Source of the DNA: Octopus vulgaris
Taxonomy: Eukaryota
Direction of reading: 5' to 3'
NCBI GenBank assembly: GCA_951406725.2
Contig: OX597818.1
Location: 2,976,001 to 3,040,000 of the forward strand
Length of the DNA: 64,000 nucleotides
This document shows positions 49,890-64,000 of this stretch, piece by piece; position 1 is the first letter of the stretch; the number at the start of each line of letters is the position of its first letter. The notes under the pieces were generated by a model. That model did no database searches and was not told the DNA's origin. It was given only the letters and a program-made list of their open reading frames with translations. The position numbers were made by a program, and so were the translations under genes.

Positions 49890-52800
49890 TTTCTTTCTTT
49901 GTTTACCTTGCACTACGGTACGGATGGGCAGACAGAACAAAACTGCCACGATATCATCTGTGGATGAGCCGTGCAACAAGACTGGTCGCTGTCCTAAAAT
50001 AGAACGTTGCCTGGCAAACCACATCTGACATCTATGCACAAAACTCGAAAATTCCTTCCAAAACAGATGGGTTGAATGCAGTAAATGTTGTGTTTCGATC
50101 TGCTTTCAATGTGCCACAAACTTTCAGAAGATCCCAGGTCAAAAGAAAGGACACCATACTTCTATGATAGATAAACTCTGGGAAATGGTCCAGCTACCAA
50201 ACTGGTCATTTCAGTGCCTGACTTGTGTGTCCCCTGTCACCATTGCTGCTGAACAGCAACAACAAAACCCAACAACCGTGTCTTCCGCTGCCATTGCTGC
50301 TGAACAGCAAAAACCTACTACTTTGTCCCCCAAAACCAGTCCTGTTGATGAAGAACAACAGCAAAAACTAAAGCCGCCCTTGTCTTCCTCCCCTGTCACT
50401 CTTCAACAGCAGCAACAAAAATCGGCCATTCCTGTTGAAGAACATCAACAAAAACAGAAACTTAAGCCCCCTGTGTCTTCCTCCCCTATTGCTCTTTGAC
50501 AACAAAAATTGATCATTCCAGCTGAAGTACATCAGCAGGAACAAAAGCCAACCATGCCCTCCTCTCCTGATACTTCTCAACTAAAGCAGAAATCGACCAT
50601 CAGCACAGAAGTTGCAGAAATTAGACAAATGATTTCTGCTTTGAGTCGTGAAATAGCAGGAATCAGAACCAGCGTCTGTGCGAAAACTCACAGCGAAGGG
50701 TCTAATCGGAGTGCCTTGCTCAGCAACTTACCTGTAGCTCATACAGAATCTCAACGCATAGAGGGAGTTGCTGAACCAACCACTCATGAAGTAATAGCCA
50801 TCAGAGTGCTGGAAGGTGTGGCAGATCTGCAGGCATTCATTAGAAACACAGCTAAGGATCTCAGCTGTGTTCCTCCAAAAAGTGCTTTCCGCCTTGGCCA
50901 ACCAGGATCCAAACCCAGGCTGATGTTTACAAACTTTACTGAGGCGCGGGCATTCCATCTGGCTGCTGATAGAGCTCAGCGCGACAACATAATCAACTTT
51001 AGGACACGTCCTGGCCTACCACCTGATGTATGCCCAAAGCTAAGATCTGTAGCTCTATGCCACAGAAAAGTTTTAGCCTCCACGATGATGGGCAAATCTG
51101 GAAATTTGTCAAGTCTGGTGAGTCGTGGATAAGGGATACCAGTTGGACTGAGCAAACTGCACCCACAACAACTGGCAATACAAAAATCTTGGGAAACTAA
51201 CCAAGAACAATCAGCCATCCCCTGTATATCATCACCATCTGAAATCCAGATACAAACTGCTGCCCTTGAATGCCCGTAGTTTATGCAACAAGGTGCATCT
51301 TTTTGACTCTTACGTCAAAAGTATCAACCCAGATTTCATCACAGTCACGGAAACATGGGCACATTCTGCACTCTGTGATGGAGTTTTCAGCATAGCCGGC
51401 TACAACCTGTTCCGCAAAGACCACATTAATCGCCATGGAGGGGGTGCGATGATTTATGTTCGATCAAATCTATCGGCAATCCCCTGTGATGATTTGAACC
51501 AATCTCAGCAGGAAGTATTTTTCTGCAAAATATACATGACCATGTCAACACTTCTGCTTGGAGTTGTTTACCGCCCCCCAAATTATCATCAAGACGCACA
51601 GCTTTTTGATATCCTCAGAGCTGCTGCCATGAAAACAGCCACATATGTTTATATTGCGGGCGACTTCAATTTCCCTGAGATTGACTGGGAGGCCTTCCGT
51701 TAGCTGCAAAGTGCAGACGATTTCCTCGAACTGGTGCTGAATTCAAATTGGTCCCAAGTCGTTACCTCCCCCACAAGGGGTAACAACACTTTGGATTTGC
51801 TACTTACCGCTTCTCCTGAAACAATCATTAGTGTCACTAATGAAGAACCTTTAGGTGACTCTCATCATTCCATGATCATGGCCAACTTGTCTCTGATTGA
51901 TTGTAACAAAAACCACAACCATCTTCAGACTGCCCGCTTTGACTGGAATAAAGCAGACTGGAGCTCTTACTGTACTGAGCTGCAATGCCCAAACTGGCTC
52001 GAATTTTATGCCTCTGGAGATGTGGACACTATACTCCAGAACATTCTGAATTCAATATGGGCGGCATGTGCAGCATCAGTATCACACAAGCACAAAAAAA
52101 CCACCCAATAGTGCAATTTGGGAGACTGCAGCAGTCCGGCTTGCCAGGAAAGAACGCCGTAAGGCTGAGCAGGAATACAAATTGCACAAATCAGAGATCA
52201 ACAGGAAAAAGTGCAATAGGTCAGCCAACCACCTCAAGCAGGTGACAAAAAAGGCAGTGCTTGAATTTGAGCAACGCATTGCAACCAACCCTGACAGCAA
52301 AGTGTTCTGGAAGTATGTGCACTCAAAGCAGAGACCTCACTCTCTAGTTGGTCTCCTTCGCAATTCCCACACAGGACAGATTACTGGCAATCCCAAAGAA
52401 TGTGCAGAAATCATTGCTGGATGCTATGCAGGCATCTTTACTGTCGAAGACCAAAATGTTCCATCTTCATCATCACTGACATCGGACTCTATATCTACTA
52501 TGCAATTTACACCAGCAATGCTACAACGCCACCTTAAGAATAAACGCAACTATGCCTCTCCTGGTCTCGATGGTGTTACATACCTACTTCTCAAACACGG
52601 TAGGCACTTCCTTCTAAGCCAACTTTCTCTATTCTTCCAATTCTGTCTTGACAATGGTGTTACTCCAGAGCAGTGGAAAACTGCCAGTGTTATCCCTCTG
52701 TTCAAAAAAGGTGACAGCACATCGCCTGTCTTACTAGCTGCATCGCCAAACTGATGGAATCCTGTATCAGGGAAACCCTCTGGAACTTCTGGAAATCTCA

Positions 52801-54132
52801 CAGCCTCATCCAGCCGTCACAATTTGGATTTATTCCTAACTCCAGCTGCTGTAATCAACTCATCGAGTTTCTTGATGACGTTATCCAAATCACTGATCGC
52901 GGATCCTGGGTGGATGTTGTTTACCTGGACTTTGCTAAGGCTTTTAACTCTAAGCTCTCTGTGTTGGGTGTAAGAGACGAACTCTATAACTGGTTGAAGT
53001 CCTTTATTTTCGGCTGAAAAGAAGTTGTCACAGTTCTAGGACAGCACTCTCCACCCTATGAGATGACATCTGGTGTACCACAGGGATCTGTTCTTGGCCC
53101 CCTTTTATTTGTTGCATATGTTAATGATATAGATGCCAACTTAAAGAATGCCACAGTGCTGAAATATGCAGATGACATCAAGCTGTACCTCAAAATAAAG
53201 AGGTCAGATCCTGTACACTATAGATCTCTATTGCAATCAGACCTGGACACAATGCAGCAGTGGATCACGGACTGGCAACTCAAGCTGGCTGTGGACAAAT
53301 GTACCACCATGCATTTTGGGAGGAGAAACCCAGCGTCCACCTATTCCCTCCACAACACTAATCTCAAAAAGTCTTCATGTGAACGTGACCTGGGTGTTAT
53401 TGTCGACAGTGATTTGCGTTGGACAAAACACATCGCTAAAATTGTCAAGAAGGCTGAGGGTGTCTTGGCATCACTCACCAAATCCTTTGTGAGCCGCTCT
53501 CCGACTATCTATCTGCGGCTTTATATAGCTATGGTAAGACCTCACCTGGAATTTGCATCACCGGTCTGGAACCCCTATCTTGCCCAGGATATCAATCATC
53601 TGGAAGCCGTTCAGCGACGTGCAACCAAAAGAATACCCTCCATCAGGCATTTGCCATATTCTGAACGCCTTACTTCCCTGGGCATGGACACATTGAAACT
53701 CCAATGTCTGGCAGCTGACTTGGCAGACACCCATAAAATTATCAACCATCTTACAAACAATAACTCTGAGCACCTTTTCAAACTCCACCCATCTAGCACC
53801 CGTGGACATATTTACAAAGTCAGAAAACAGCACAGCTCCCATGACTTTAGGAAACATTTTTTCACGCTGAGAGTTGCTGAAGCATGGAACAAACTGCCGG
53901 CATCGGTTGTTAGTTGTCGGAGCACTGCATCCTTCAAAACTTCCATGCTTTCTGAGATTCGCCAACACTACACCTGATTTCCTCCCCTCCATACACACAC
54001 AAGCATGCATCTGACTCATACATTGTTTGCTTTCCAGACATCTGTACATTACTGCATACACTTTATACGCACTTTCTGACAAGTTGTGGTGCACCTGAGC
54101 ACTGTATACAATAATTTCATTATTATTATTAT
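49890..54132 (+). mobile_element. Near full-length CR1-clade LINE (ORF1; APE + RT ORF2), a few stops, frameshifts and deletions
   Basis: ORF1 with a Cys-rich PHD-like N-terminus and coiled coil; LNARSL, ETW, YRPP, GDFN, TRGNNTLDL; YLDFAKAF, SGVPQGSVLGPLLF, YADD; (ATT)n tail. Confidence 0.95.
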
Positions 54133-54468
54133 TTACACACACAAAATCTTATTTACTTCACCAAACACTTACTTCATAGTCATTGTGCTATTTTGAGATT
54201 TACATGGCTTACCTATCTAGAATTTTAAAATATTAAAGTCAGGGTAGATGTTATACTCATAACTTTTGTAACATTTAGACTGGAGTCAATCAAGTAGTAA
54301 TAACAAGTTGAAAATATATTTACTTCACATTTTCTACAAGTTAAATATATATTTTTAAAATATTGCAACAAATAAAATATGGCACAGGGATCACTACCAT
54401 TGTCTTCATCCTCAATCTATGTATGCAAGTAAGAATGAGATAGATTTTAAAAGTTTTAATAATTACAT

Positions 54469-54630
54469 AGGTGGAGGAGTGGTGGTGTGAAGTAGCTTGT
54501 GTACCAAAGACATGGTTCTGGGTTCCGTCCCACTGATTGGCACCTCGGGCATCTTCTACTACAGCTTCAGATTGACCAAAGCTTTGTGAGTGGATTTAGT
54601 AGACAGAAACTGAAAGAAGCCTGTCGTATA
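54469..54630 (+). mobile_element. Family A SINE 5' half
   Basis: aggtggaggagtggtggtgtg...gaaactgaaagaagcctgtcg. Confidence 0.8.
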
Positions 54631-54632
54631 TA

Positions 54633-55293
54633 CTGTAAAACCTTGAGTATCGTCCACCCTTAAGTATAATACGCAGGGGATTTTTAGGGGGCTGTAACTC
54701 TGAAAAACCTAAACCTTGTGTATAATACGCATCCCTTCTCTAACTTCAGTCAAGGAGGTCTATATAACGTCCTTGGTTTGTAAAACTGTATACAGTAATG
54801 TCCTTTATTATTCTATTATGTCTGGGGAGAGTCATTTTCTTTTTGTGCCTTATTATGTAACACACACACCGGTAAAATTTCCATGTTTTTCTAATTTTTA
54901 TTGTCCTAAAATTTTCGTTGTGTCTTGCAACCTTTTTAATAGTTTTGACTCCTTTATTATTATTGTATATATAACATAATGCAAATGTGTAGCTTTTTTG
55001 TGCATTTTGTTTGCACAAAATAAAAAAATTACAGTAATAACGTTTAATAAATGTTGCTTACTGCAAGTTATGGATGATTCTTTTATGATTTCATTGCTTT
55101 CAGGCTTAGCTTAAGGTATTTTCATGCCCGACATCACAAAATGCATCTGAATAAACATTGTCAGACAGCAAATAGAGACTCGGACATTGCTTAGAAAATA
55201 AATTTCATTTTTAACCTCGTATATAGTACGCACTAGGGATTTTGACCTTTAAATTTTGGGAAAAAAGTGCGGATTATATTTGAGGATTTACGG
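54633..55293. mobile_element. Tc1/mariner-superfamily MITE
   Basis: TA|ctgtaaaaccttgagtat ... atatttgaggatttacgg|TA; internal 54770-54945 is related to 28015-28195. Confidence 0.75.
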
Positions 55294-55299
55294 TATATA

Positions 55300-55597
55300 T
55301 ATTTTTTATTTATGCACCCTTTTCAAACATAGCCAAGCTCATGGGCCCGTTTTCCCAGTTTCCCAGCATATGTGTTCCCCCCAGCTGGACGGGATGCCAG
55401 TCCATCGCAGCATTACTCAAGAAACAGGAAGAAAGAGTGAGAGAAAGTTGAGGCGGAAGAGTACAACAAGGGTTGCCACCACCCCCTGCTGGAGCGTCGT
55501 GGGGAATTAGGTGTTTTTTGCTCAATAAACACACACAACACCTGGTCTGGGAATCGAAACCGTGATCCTTCAACCGAGAGTCCACTATGCCTCCACA
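55300..55597 (-). mobile_element. tRNA-derived SINE, family D
   Basis: Minus-strand B box ggtttcgattccc; A-rich tail. Confidence 0.7.
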
Positions 55598-55632
55598 TAT
55601 TTCTATTAACACCAAATTTCTATTAACAAGTA

Positions 55633-55678
<46 letters not shown>

Positions 55679-57329
55679 TAAACTTACTTGTTAATAAAAA
55701 TTTGGTGTGTGTTGCGTTCCATTACTTGATAAATAAATAAAAATATATAAACAAATGACATAACGTATACTGAATGTAAAAACAAACAGGAGACAAACAG
55801 AAAGTGCATAATTCTTCATCAATTATTGACCAATGGTACTTTTCAGTTTCACACCTTTGACAATAAGACTGTATGCTTCCCAATAAGTGGTGCCCACAAA
55901 AAAAAATTTTTTTCTTGCATAGAATTAGGGACAAGAGCAAACAAAATGAAACAAAACAAGCAAAATGACAGAGTGTGATTTAGGATGCTGGACAAGGACA
56001 AACAGTTGAGCAAAATATAGCCTTGGGGCCAAGAAGATGAGAATAGTGGGTAATGCTTAGAAAATGTTTTGAACAATGGAGAATGGAGAGACTGGTCAGC
56101 TAAGGGACATTTGAGAAGACATACAGCAGTATGCTAAAGATCAGACATAATCTCTTGTGGGCAAGAAATGTAAAATAAAGTTTATTATAAACAATACAAA
56201 CACTGTAATTTAATAGCTTTTAATGTGATACCTGTTAAACAGAAATTCTTTTTATTAAATGAAAATTTAATAAAATCTAATCATAAGTAAGTGAAATTAT
56301 GCTAAATACAACTAAATTGAAAACCTTTTTCCCCTGGCCATATTGCCAATTCTGCAAACTTTTGGATGTGAATTTTACATGAGTAGAAGCTTTTTTTTAA
56401 CAATTTTTATCCTGAGAATCATCTGTGTAAATTACACAGGAGCATAAATTACATGGGTTTTTATGGTAGTAATAATTTGTACTAGTTCTCATATTTATTT
56501 CATTTTCTTAAACTGATCTTTCTGAAGTTGCAATTGCAAAGGAGGTGTTGAGTGAGTTTGTTAACATTTGTAATGTAAGAATTTCCAAGCATGACATCTG
56601 CAAGAGAGTTTCATAGAAATTCCTGTATCTGTAGAATAATGAGTCATTCAGCAATAAGGTGTTAATCATCCAAGGTTAAACTTGACCAAACAAGCCTATA
56701 ATCAAGGACAGCCTTAACTAACTGTATTTTCCCTTCAAGTAAAATGCATATAAGACCACATTATTCAATATATCTTCTTTTCTCTTTATAATGGTAGGGC
56801 ATGCTTTTTAGGAGACTTGGCTCATATTTTGAGCAACTGTGTTATAAGTATCCATGGTATGGATGTATTATTGAAAATATATCAAAAAAGATTTTGAATA
56901 GCATTGAAAAAGATGTGAAAAGAGTTGTTTAAAGTATTATTAACATTCTTGTTACCTGATTATAACCACATGGACAGTTCTTAACCTGAATATTTTTATT
57001 GGCTGCAATTTGGAGAGGCTTAACAGAAGCACCTAAAAAAGACATTTTTAATATATGAATTACTTTTCATAAACAGAAACTTAGTAAAAAATATACACAC
57101 ATATTTGTGAAATAAATTGGATTAATTGTATGGCATAATAAATAGTAATTATCATGTGCACATTGAACAAGATTCAAAGCAATTATACACATATTCATTC
57201 TTAATATGTTCTAGAATGTGATTATATTGTATTTCACTGTTAGAGAACACCTTTCAAACAATGTATGTTGACAACACAAATGGTTTTTTGATGTAAGTTG
57301 ACTTTGAGACACTGAAGTGTTGACCTGCT

Positions 57330-57613
57330 TGTGTCCTGATCAACTGCCATTCTGAGAGTTCCAGTTTCTCATGAAATTAATGTGCAAGTGGCTAAACACT
57401 CTAATGTAGTTCTCTGGGAAATTCAGAGTGATACAGAATGTGACAAGGCTGGCCTTTTGAAATACAGGTATTACTCATTTTTGCCATCTGAGTGAACTGG
57501 AGCAATGTGAAATAAAATGTTTTGCTCAAGGGCACAACATGCTGCTAGGAATCCAACTCATGACCTTATGTTCATGAGCTGAATACCTTAAGCACTAAGC
57601 CATGTGCCTTCAC
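57330..57613 (-). mobile_element. Degraded family B-related SINE
   Basis: gagtgaactggagcaatgtgaaat...ttgctcaag..cacaac shared with 17620-17670. Confidence 0.7.
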
Positions 57614-59030
57614 TGCCTGAATCAATGAAACTAAAAAAGAGTGGTGGCTCTTTATAGAGCAGGCAAATTATTTGTTGATGCATGTTGATGTCTGCCAAAT
57701 TGATGAATTAAGTATCAAATGCACACAAAATATTGAGAACCAAAACAATGTTGTACATTCTTAATACATTCTGGTAGATTTAATGTGAATATGTTAGTCA
57801 CTTGTATTACTTTTGGAGAACACCTTCTTTCAAATAGTGCATGTTGACAATACATTCAATTCATTCACATAAAGGAACTTCAAGACACTGGTATTTTGAT
57901 ATGGTTTCAATCAGCTGGAACATGTTAAAAATGAATATGTACATTACTGTTTTGATTATTGCTGTTTTATGTGCACATGAATATCAATTTGGCAAGCATC
58001 AGCATGTGTCAACAAATAATTTGCTTGCTGAAGCTATTGGTGGTTGATATTATTTCAGTTTATTTTAATTGATTTGTATTTATAGTATTTAATGTTACTT
58101 AGCTTTAGTTAAAATTGTATAAATCATTGGTGATTTGACTTGTCTCTGTGTGTAAAATATTTTTAATGCAATATGCTGTCTAAGACAATAATATCTACAA
58201 TTACCTATCAGTAAAGAAGGAAAGATTCTGCTAGAATCAGAAGATGACACAGGAAGTGAGATGTCAACTATCCTAATAAATCAGTTATCAAAGAACAAAA
58301 CAAAAAAATACAATTTAAACTTGCACAACATATTTGAATATGAGTGATAACCAGCATTTACAGACAATAATATATTATATATAATGATAAATGTTTATAT
58401 TTCTGTCAATCCAATTTATGAAAAAAATGTTTTTTTAATTCACCTTAGGGATAAAATATATTTTCATTATCATAGTAGTTGAGAAGACATTTTTTTTTCC
58501 AAAGCAGAAAACTTTTTTAATATTTTAAAATTCATCTCAGTCATAATATCATAATTTTTTGGCGCAATTATATCAGTTTGCATTTATTTGCCAAATCTTG
58601 ATAGAAATAACATTTCACTTATAAATTTTGTCTTCTCAAGTTAATTCTCCACATCAATACATTCATATACAGTGATACAGTGTTTGTTTATATATGCACA
58701 TTTATTGGAAAACACATATTTCAGATGATAGTATGAATTAATGTTAAAAATGGCAGAAGACATTAGGTCCATAAAGCCTTTTCATTGGCTGAAGCTAAAA
58801 TGTGATTAGATTTGTTGTAAATCTACAACTTGTAATCCAAAAACAGGCATTTCACCCTAATGGTATTGTTTTCAAGGGAAATTACTTCACATTGCTGGTT
58901 AGAACTGGCTAAAGCTAATTTTTAGGAATTGTGATTTTTGAGCAACTGGAATTTTTTAAAGAAGTAACGTGATTTCACAGGTTGCTTCAGTCTCTGGTAC
59001 TTTTTAATTAAGTAAAGCTTATAGTTCTTA

Positions 59031-59137
59031 CATTGATTGGAAACTGGCATGCTCTCCAATAAAATGGAAATGGGACAACATTGATAGGACCATCCTATGT
59101 CCATTTTATTGGAGGGCATGCCAGTCTCCAATCACTG
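59031..59137. mobile_element. ~107-bp hairpin MITE
   Basis: tgattggaaactggcatgctctccaataaaatgga / tccattttattggagggcatgccagtctccaatca (35-bp arms, 2 mismatches). Confidence 0.8.
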
Positions 59138-59231
59138 TTTCCAAACAAACTGTAAGTTTCCCTGTTCCTTGATCAGAATGAGTAGAGATGTTGAAAGAAA
59201 TGAACTTTGAAAGATTTTAGTTAGACACATA

Positions 59232-59377
59232 GGTGCAGGAGTGGCTGTGTGGTAAGTAGATTGCTTATCAACCACATGGTTCTGGGTTCAGTCCTGCTGA
59301 TTGGCACCTTCTACTATAGTCTCAGGCTGACCAAGGCCTTGTGAGTGGATTTGGCAGATGGAAGCTGAAAGAAGCCC

Positions 59378-59441
<64 letters not shown>

Positions 59442-59539
59442 ATCATTAATTAATCAATATAAGGGTAGCAAAAAAATTCAAGAAAAATTCAAGAATAATT
59501 TTCTGCAACCAGCGGTCAAGTGAGAAATTATTATTATTA

Positions 59540-59586
<47 letters not shown>

Positions 59587-59772
59587 GCATGCATGTGTGT
59601 GTTTGTGTTTCTGTGTTTGTACTTTCACTATCGCTTGACAACTGATGCTGGTGTGTTTACATCCCTTTAACTTAGCAGTTCGGCAAAAGAATAAGTCCTG
59701 GGGTTGATTTGTTCATCTAAAGGCGTGCTCCAGCATGGTTGCAGTCAAATGACTGAAACAAATAAAAGAATA
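59232..59772 (+). mobile_element. Family A SINE with ~105 bp of foreign sequence in its (TA)n
   Basis: Head and tail match 34588-35020; insert at about 59440-59545. Confidence 0.85.
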
Positions 59773-60899
59773 TAATTCCTTTCAATGCCATTTGGAAGTG
59801 GTATGGGTGCTCAGTGAGAGACAGAATCCCCTGAATTGACAAAAAGATGAATTTCAACAGTTACAAGTTGGCTCTTAGCATGATGGCTGTATGGAGATGG
59901 TGTTTGCAACTGTGGTATTTTATCATGGAAGCAATGTTTCCTTTATCACCTTAATGTTATGTGAATTGAAGAGTTATGGAATTTGGGCACAAGTGAGAAA
60001 TGTCTTATTAAAGACAAGAAATTTCTGGCTGTATTACAGTGACATTTAATTTATGTTTTCTAGTTTTCACTAAGTCCATTTCTAGCTGCTTTATTGAAAA
60101 TAGCCTCATCTAAAGGCTGATTAGAAAGTCTATTGGTTATTCTGAATTAAAGGGAAAGATAATATGTGAATTATAGCCAGTGGCTGGTTGGAAATTTTAT
60201 GAATGTAAACAGTGTTCTCTTAGTTTTGTCTTATTAAATTAAAGCTAATGTAAAACTTAAATATGTCCATTGAATCATTTTCAGATATATCTGTGTATAT
60301 CTGTTACTCCTTACCTCCACACATAAAGTTGTCTGCCATCCACCCCTTGGGGGTTCAAAATTTTGCAAACTGATGATGGCTTCACTAGTGCTGATGGCAT
60401 TAAAAAAATCACCCAATACTTGCTATAAAGTGGTTGGCATTAGGAAGAAGATCCTGGATCATGATGCAGTTCTTGGGCCTATCAGATCCTGGCAATCCAT
60501 CCAACCCATGCCAACATGGAACATGAAAATCAAATTATAATTATGATTAGTCATATTGTTATTCAGATTAGATAGAGTCCTGTTACAGCTCTCCATGAAG
60601 AATAATAATGACTTCTTAATAAATTAATCCGATTGTTTCCACCTAAAGAGAGAGAAAACCATTTCTGCAAACATATTTTGTTTGCTTATCATAAGGTAAA
60701 AACTATGTTTTATATTTCAAATCATCAAAAAGCTCAGTACAGTGTACTGCAAATAAACACACACATACACATACAAGTAGACCATCTGTCTCATTTTGAG
60801 ACTAACAGCGTCTCTGTAACCAATTTGGAAGTTGACTTTCCTCTGCTGCCAATAGCAACAAGTAAAAAAGAAAACAATCCCTCACTTTCACACATACAC

Positions 60900-63800
60900 A
60901 ATTGAACAACAATGCCAACACATACAAGGACACTAGCATTCCTACTGAGCAAGTGGGAAAAGAAAATAAAGATAATAATGAATGCATGTCTAAAACAATG
61001 ACTGTTGTCACCACCACTGCCACCTCCACTGCTGCCGCCACCGCCTCCACCACCACCACCACCAACAACAACAACATGAACAAACAAAACAACTTTGCTT
61101 CTATTCTGAGGCAAAGGAGACAACTCGTATCTTTTTTGACCCAAGAATTGTTAGAATGCAAGTCAGTTTTAAGCAAAGAAGAAAGAACAATAAAATTACA
61201 CCCACCAAAAGACATTTTACAGGGCATTTAAAAAAACAAAAACAACAATTCATAAAACAATAAACATAGAAACAAAAAGGCTGGAACATGCCACTCAACA
61301 CAGTGGAAAAGTGCTTAAGACCTATATGGGCATTTAAAAAATATATTACAAGGGGTAAAAGATTTGCCACTGTCAAAGTAAGGTTCAATAAACAGGAACA
61401 AGCAAATGAACATTCCACTAAGCCACTTGAATGTGAGGAAATCATCATGATTCCTACATACCTTGGTCATCGTGTGATGAAAAGAAAAATCAAAGATGTA
61501 CCCTCTGAGATAGAAATATGATGGCTGGTGTCAGCCTTCTGCTATGATTTCAAGAAGGCAATTAATATGCTAGAAATTGCTGACCTGGAGCAGCAAAACT
61601 GGGTTAGACCAAGCTCTTAATCCAAGTGGATCAAAAGAGATCAAATCTGTCTCAGACATAGTAAAACTGTTGGACGGCACAAACCTACATGTGGACGTTG
61701 AAGGCAGATGGTCACACTGTCACCTTTGTAGTAGCAAAAACCACCTTGCAATCAACTGTCCAACAATACAGGAACAACAAAAAGAAAAACACCAACAGAA
61801 AACCAGCACTGTTACCCACATCACCATCAGCACAACTACAGCAGCAACAACAGATGAAACAGCTCCACCAACCAACCAACCAACCAGCCAGCCAACCAAC
61901 TCAACCAACCCAACCAATAAACACCACCATCACTACCACCAACAAACAACAACAGCTACAGAAGCACCAAAACAAGAAAAGAAGAAAAAGATTAACCCTT
62001 CACCTCTAACTACCTATACATCACATCCCAACTGCCACCAACCAGCACTAACAACAACATCATCAACACACACGCACAAATCGACCCCAATACCCTTCCC
62101 CTTCAATATTCTGATTCCTCCGACATGTAGTATGGTAAAGGCGACACAGAAGAATGGCAAATGGCCACGGGGGGGTGGGAGAAAAAAAAGGGGGAAAAAA
62201 TGATTACTCTGTCAAACAAAGCAGGGAGATATACCACTCCCAATGTCAAAATTTCCACACACATTAACAATACCAGCACCAACACTACAAACACACAAAT
62301 GTGCCAAGTGGCCCCACAATACTAACATCAGGTCTCACACTGATATTACACGAAACAATTTGAAAAAAACAACCACCCATACAAAACACCACCACAACAC
62401 ATACAAATTTTACACACTACACAAAGTACACATAAATTCATGAAATCTCTCTACCCTAATTTGGTAGGGAGATTTCAAAAACATTTGTCAAAAAAACTTT
62501 ACAAAAATCTCCTCACAGAAACTTCTGAGGAGGAAAACACCGTTTTTGAACAGCAAGTGACTCTCTTTTCTCTCTTTGTGTGTAAAGCAGAACTTTTGCT
62601 AGGTCCATGCTCAGACTAGGTAGTATAAATGTGTGTGGCTTGGGGGTCATCTTGGAGAGACAAGGCTACCTGTTGAATGACATCAAGCCACTAAATGTAG
62701 ATATTACAGCCATCAATGAAACCAGACTCTCCAACCTGCAGGCCCTCAAGCCCATGTTCAGCAGTCAATTCGACATTTATTTTTCTCTGTGTCTGTCAAG
62801 AATGGGTGGTGGTGGCACCAGGGTGCTTTTTCAAAAGGGTCTGGATCCCAAAGTAAGGGTAGTTTTCTTAGACCCAGAGGGCAGGCTGGTTGTCTTGGAT
62901 GTCGATGGCAGTAATGGGTGTGCTTTCTGACTGATTATGATATATGCACCGTCCTTAAGTTGGTTGGATTTCTTTTGACGTCTAGAGGTTTTCCTGGGAA
63001 CGTCTCAATCTTTACACTTAGTCGGGGATTGGAACACTATCTTGGACACATGTCTAGAATATGTAGGGAGAGATAGGAAGAGAAGGGGATGCAAATGCCT
63101 CAAAGACCTTCTCAGACGTTTCCAACTGTCTGACAGGTACCAACTGAACTACTTGAACGTGCCAATGTGGACAGGGACCAACAGCATTGGGTCATCCAGA
63201 TCATATTTAGATAGAGTATTCTGTAGGGCAGTAGATAGGGATAGTGTAGTTTGTCCACAGTTTCACATAGTCAGTTACACAGATCATAAATTCATGACCT
63301 GTACACTTGACTTAGATAAGAATAATAGGCAGGGTCCCGGATACTGGAAGCCGGACATATCACTCCTGGTGCAACAGGCTTACAGAGACCGGATTAGCAC
63401 AATAGGAAGGTACTGACAGGAGTCATCATCAACAACATATGGTGACTTGCCCTAAAGAGGGCAATTAAAGCAGAATCACTTAGCAAGAAATCGAAATAAA
63501 ACAGAGGGAGACCTAGTTAAGAAATTAGAAGGGACACTTAGAAGTGGCATTGTGACCAACATGCTGGCGGTGAGGTTGGCCCTTGATCGACACTTCAATG
63601 CCAAACACAAAGGTTGCATTGTCAGAGCTAGGATGTGTGCCTTAAGAAATGAGGGAACTGGAGCCACCCAAGAGGCCCAGGTGGTGGAGGTGCAACGTGA
63701 CAACAAAGCCACCATTTGGTCCTTGATAGATCAATAGAGATATGAGTTACTCAAGCCCGAAAGGATGTGAGGCCTTCAAGCAACTGGTGGGTTGGAACAC

Positions 63801-64000
63801 AGGATAAACTTTAGTGCCTACCTGCATGGCTTGCCATGACTCTTGGCAAAGCAAGCTGAGTGATGTGAAAGTCCCATTACAGCTGCTGATGTATGGAATG
63901 CAATGGCAGGTTGCATGAGAGACAAGTTGCTGGGCTTGGATGGTCTGGCCTATGAGCTTTATTGTCATATGCCAGACACATTTGAAGATGTCTTGGCAAC
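60900..64000 (+). mobile_element. Tx1/L1-clade LINE, disrupted, runs off the window
   Basis: ORF1 zinc knuckle CHLCSSKNHLAINC; ORF2 APE LGSINVCGL, INETRL, GRLVVLDV, GDWN, SYLDR, TDH, GPGYWK. Confidence 0.88.

Noticed and set aside
53558-54142. 194-aa minus-strand ORF
   Set aside because: Antisense shadow of the CR1 RT with no recognisable motif.
58740-60250. Short open stretches as upstream host exons
   Set aside because: No continuous frame, convincing splice pair, HORMA motif or CxC motif was found.

Overview
AT-rich, microsatellite-dense eukaryotic DNA, read by eye without database searches. The SINE families and repeat landscape suggest a cephalopod, probably Octopus (inference from recall). 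Almost all of the window is nested, mostly decayed transposable elements: RTE, R4/Dong-like, CR1 and Tx1/L1 LINEs, at least five Penelope-like element (PLE) remnants, Helitrons, Tc1/mariner, piggyBac-type and Chapaev-like DNA transposons, and tRNA-derived SINEs. Two small minus-strand exons missed by the ORF track (37180-37296, a PHD finger; 9981-10046) splice in frame across a ~27 kb intron. They resemble the PHD part of an invertebrate meiotic HORMAD. The most unusual signal is RNA-level: about ten minimal type I hammerhead ribozyme motifs in several unrelated repeat families. These include one apparently intact ribozyme paired with a 101-bp antisense copy of its 3' half, and a 530-bp palindrome made of two tRNA-headed, hammerhead-tailed SINE units. 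No rRNA, bona fide tRNA or CRISPR array is seen. Most short ORFs in the track are TE fragments or microsatellite artefacts.
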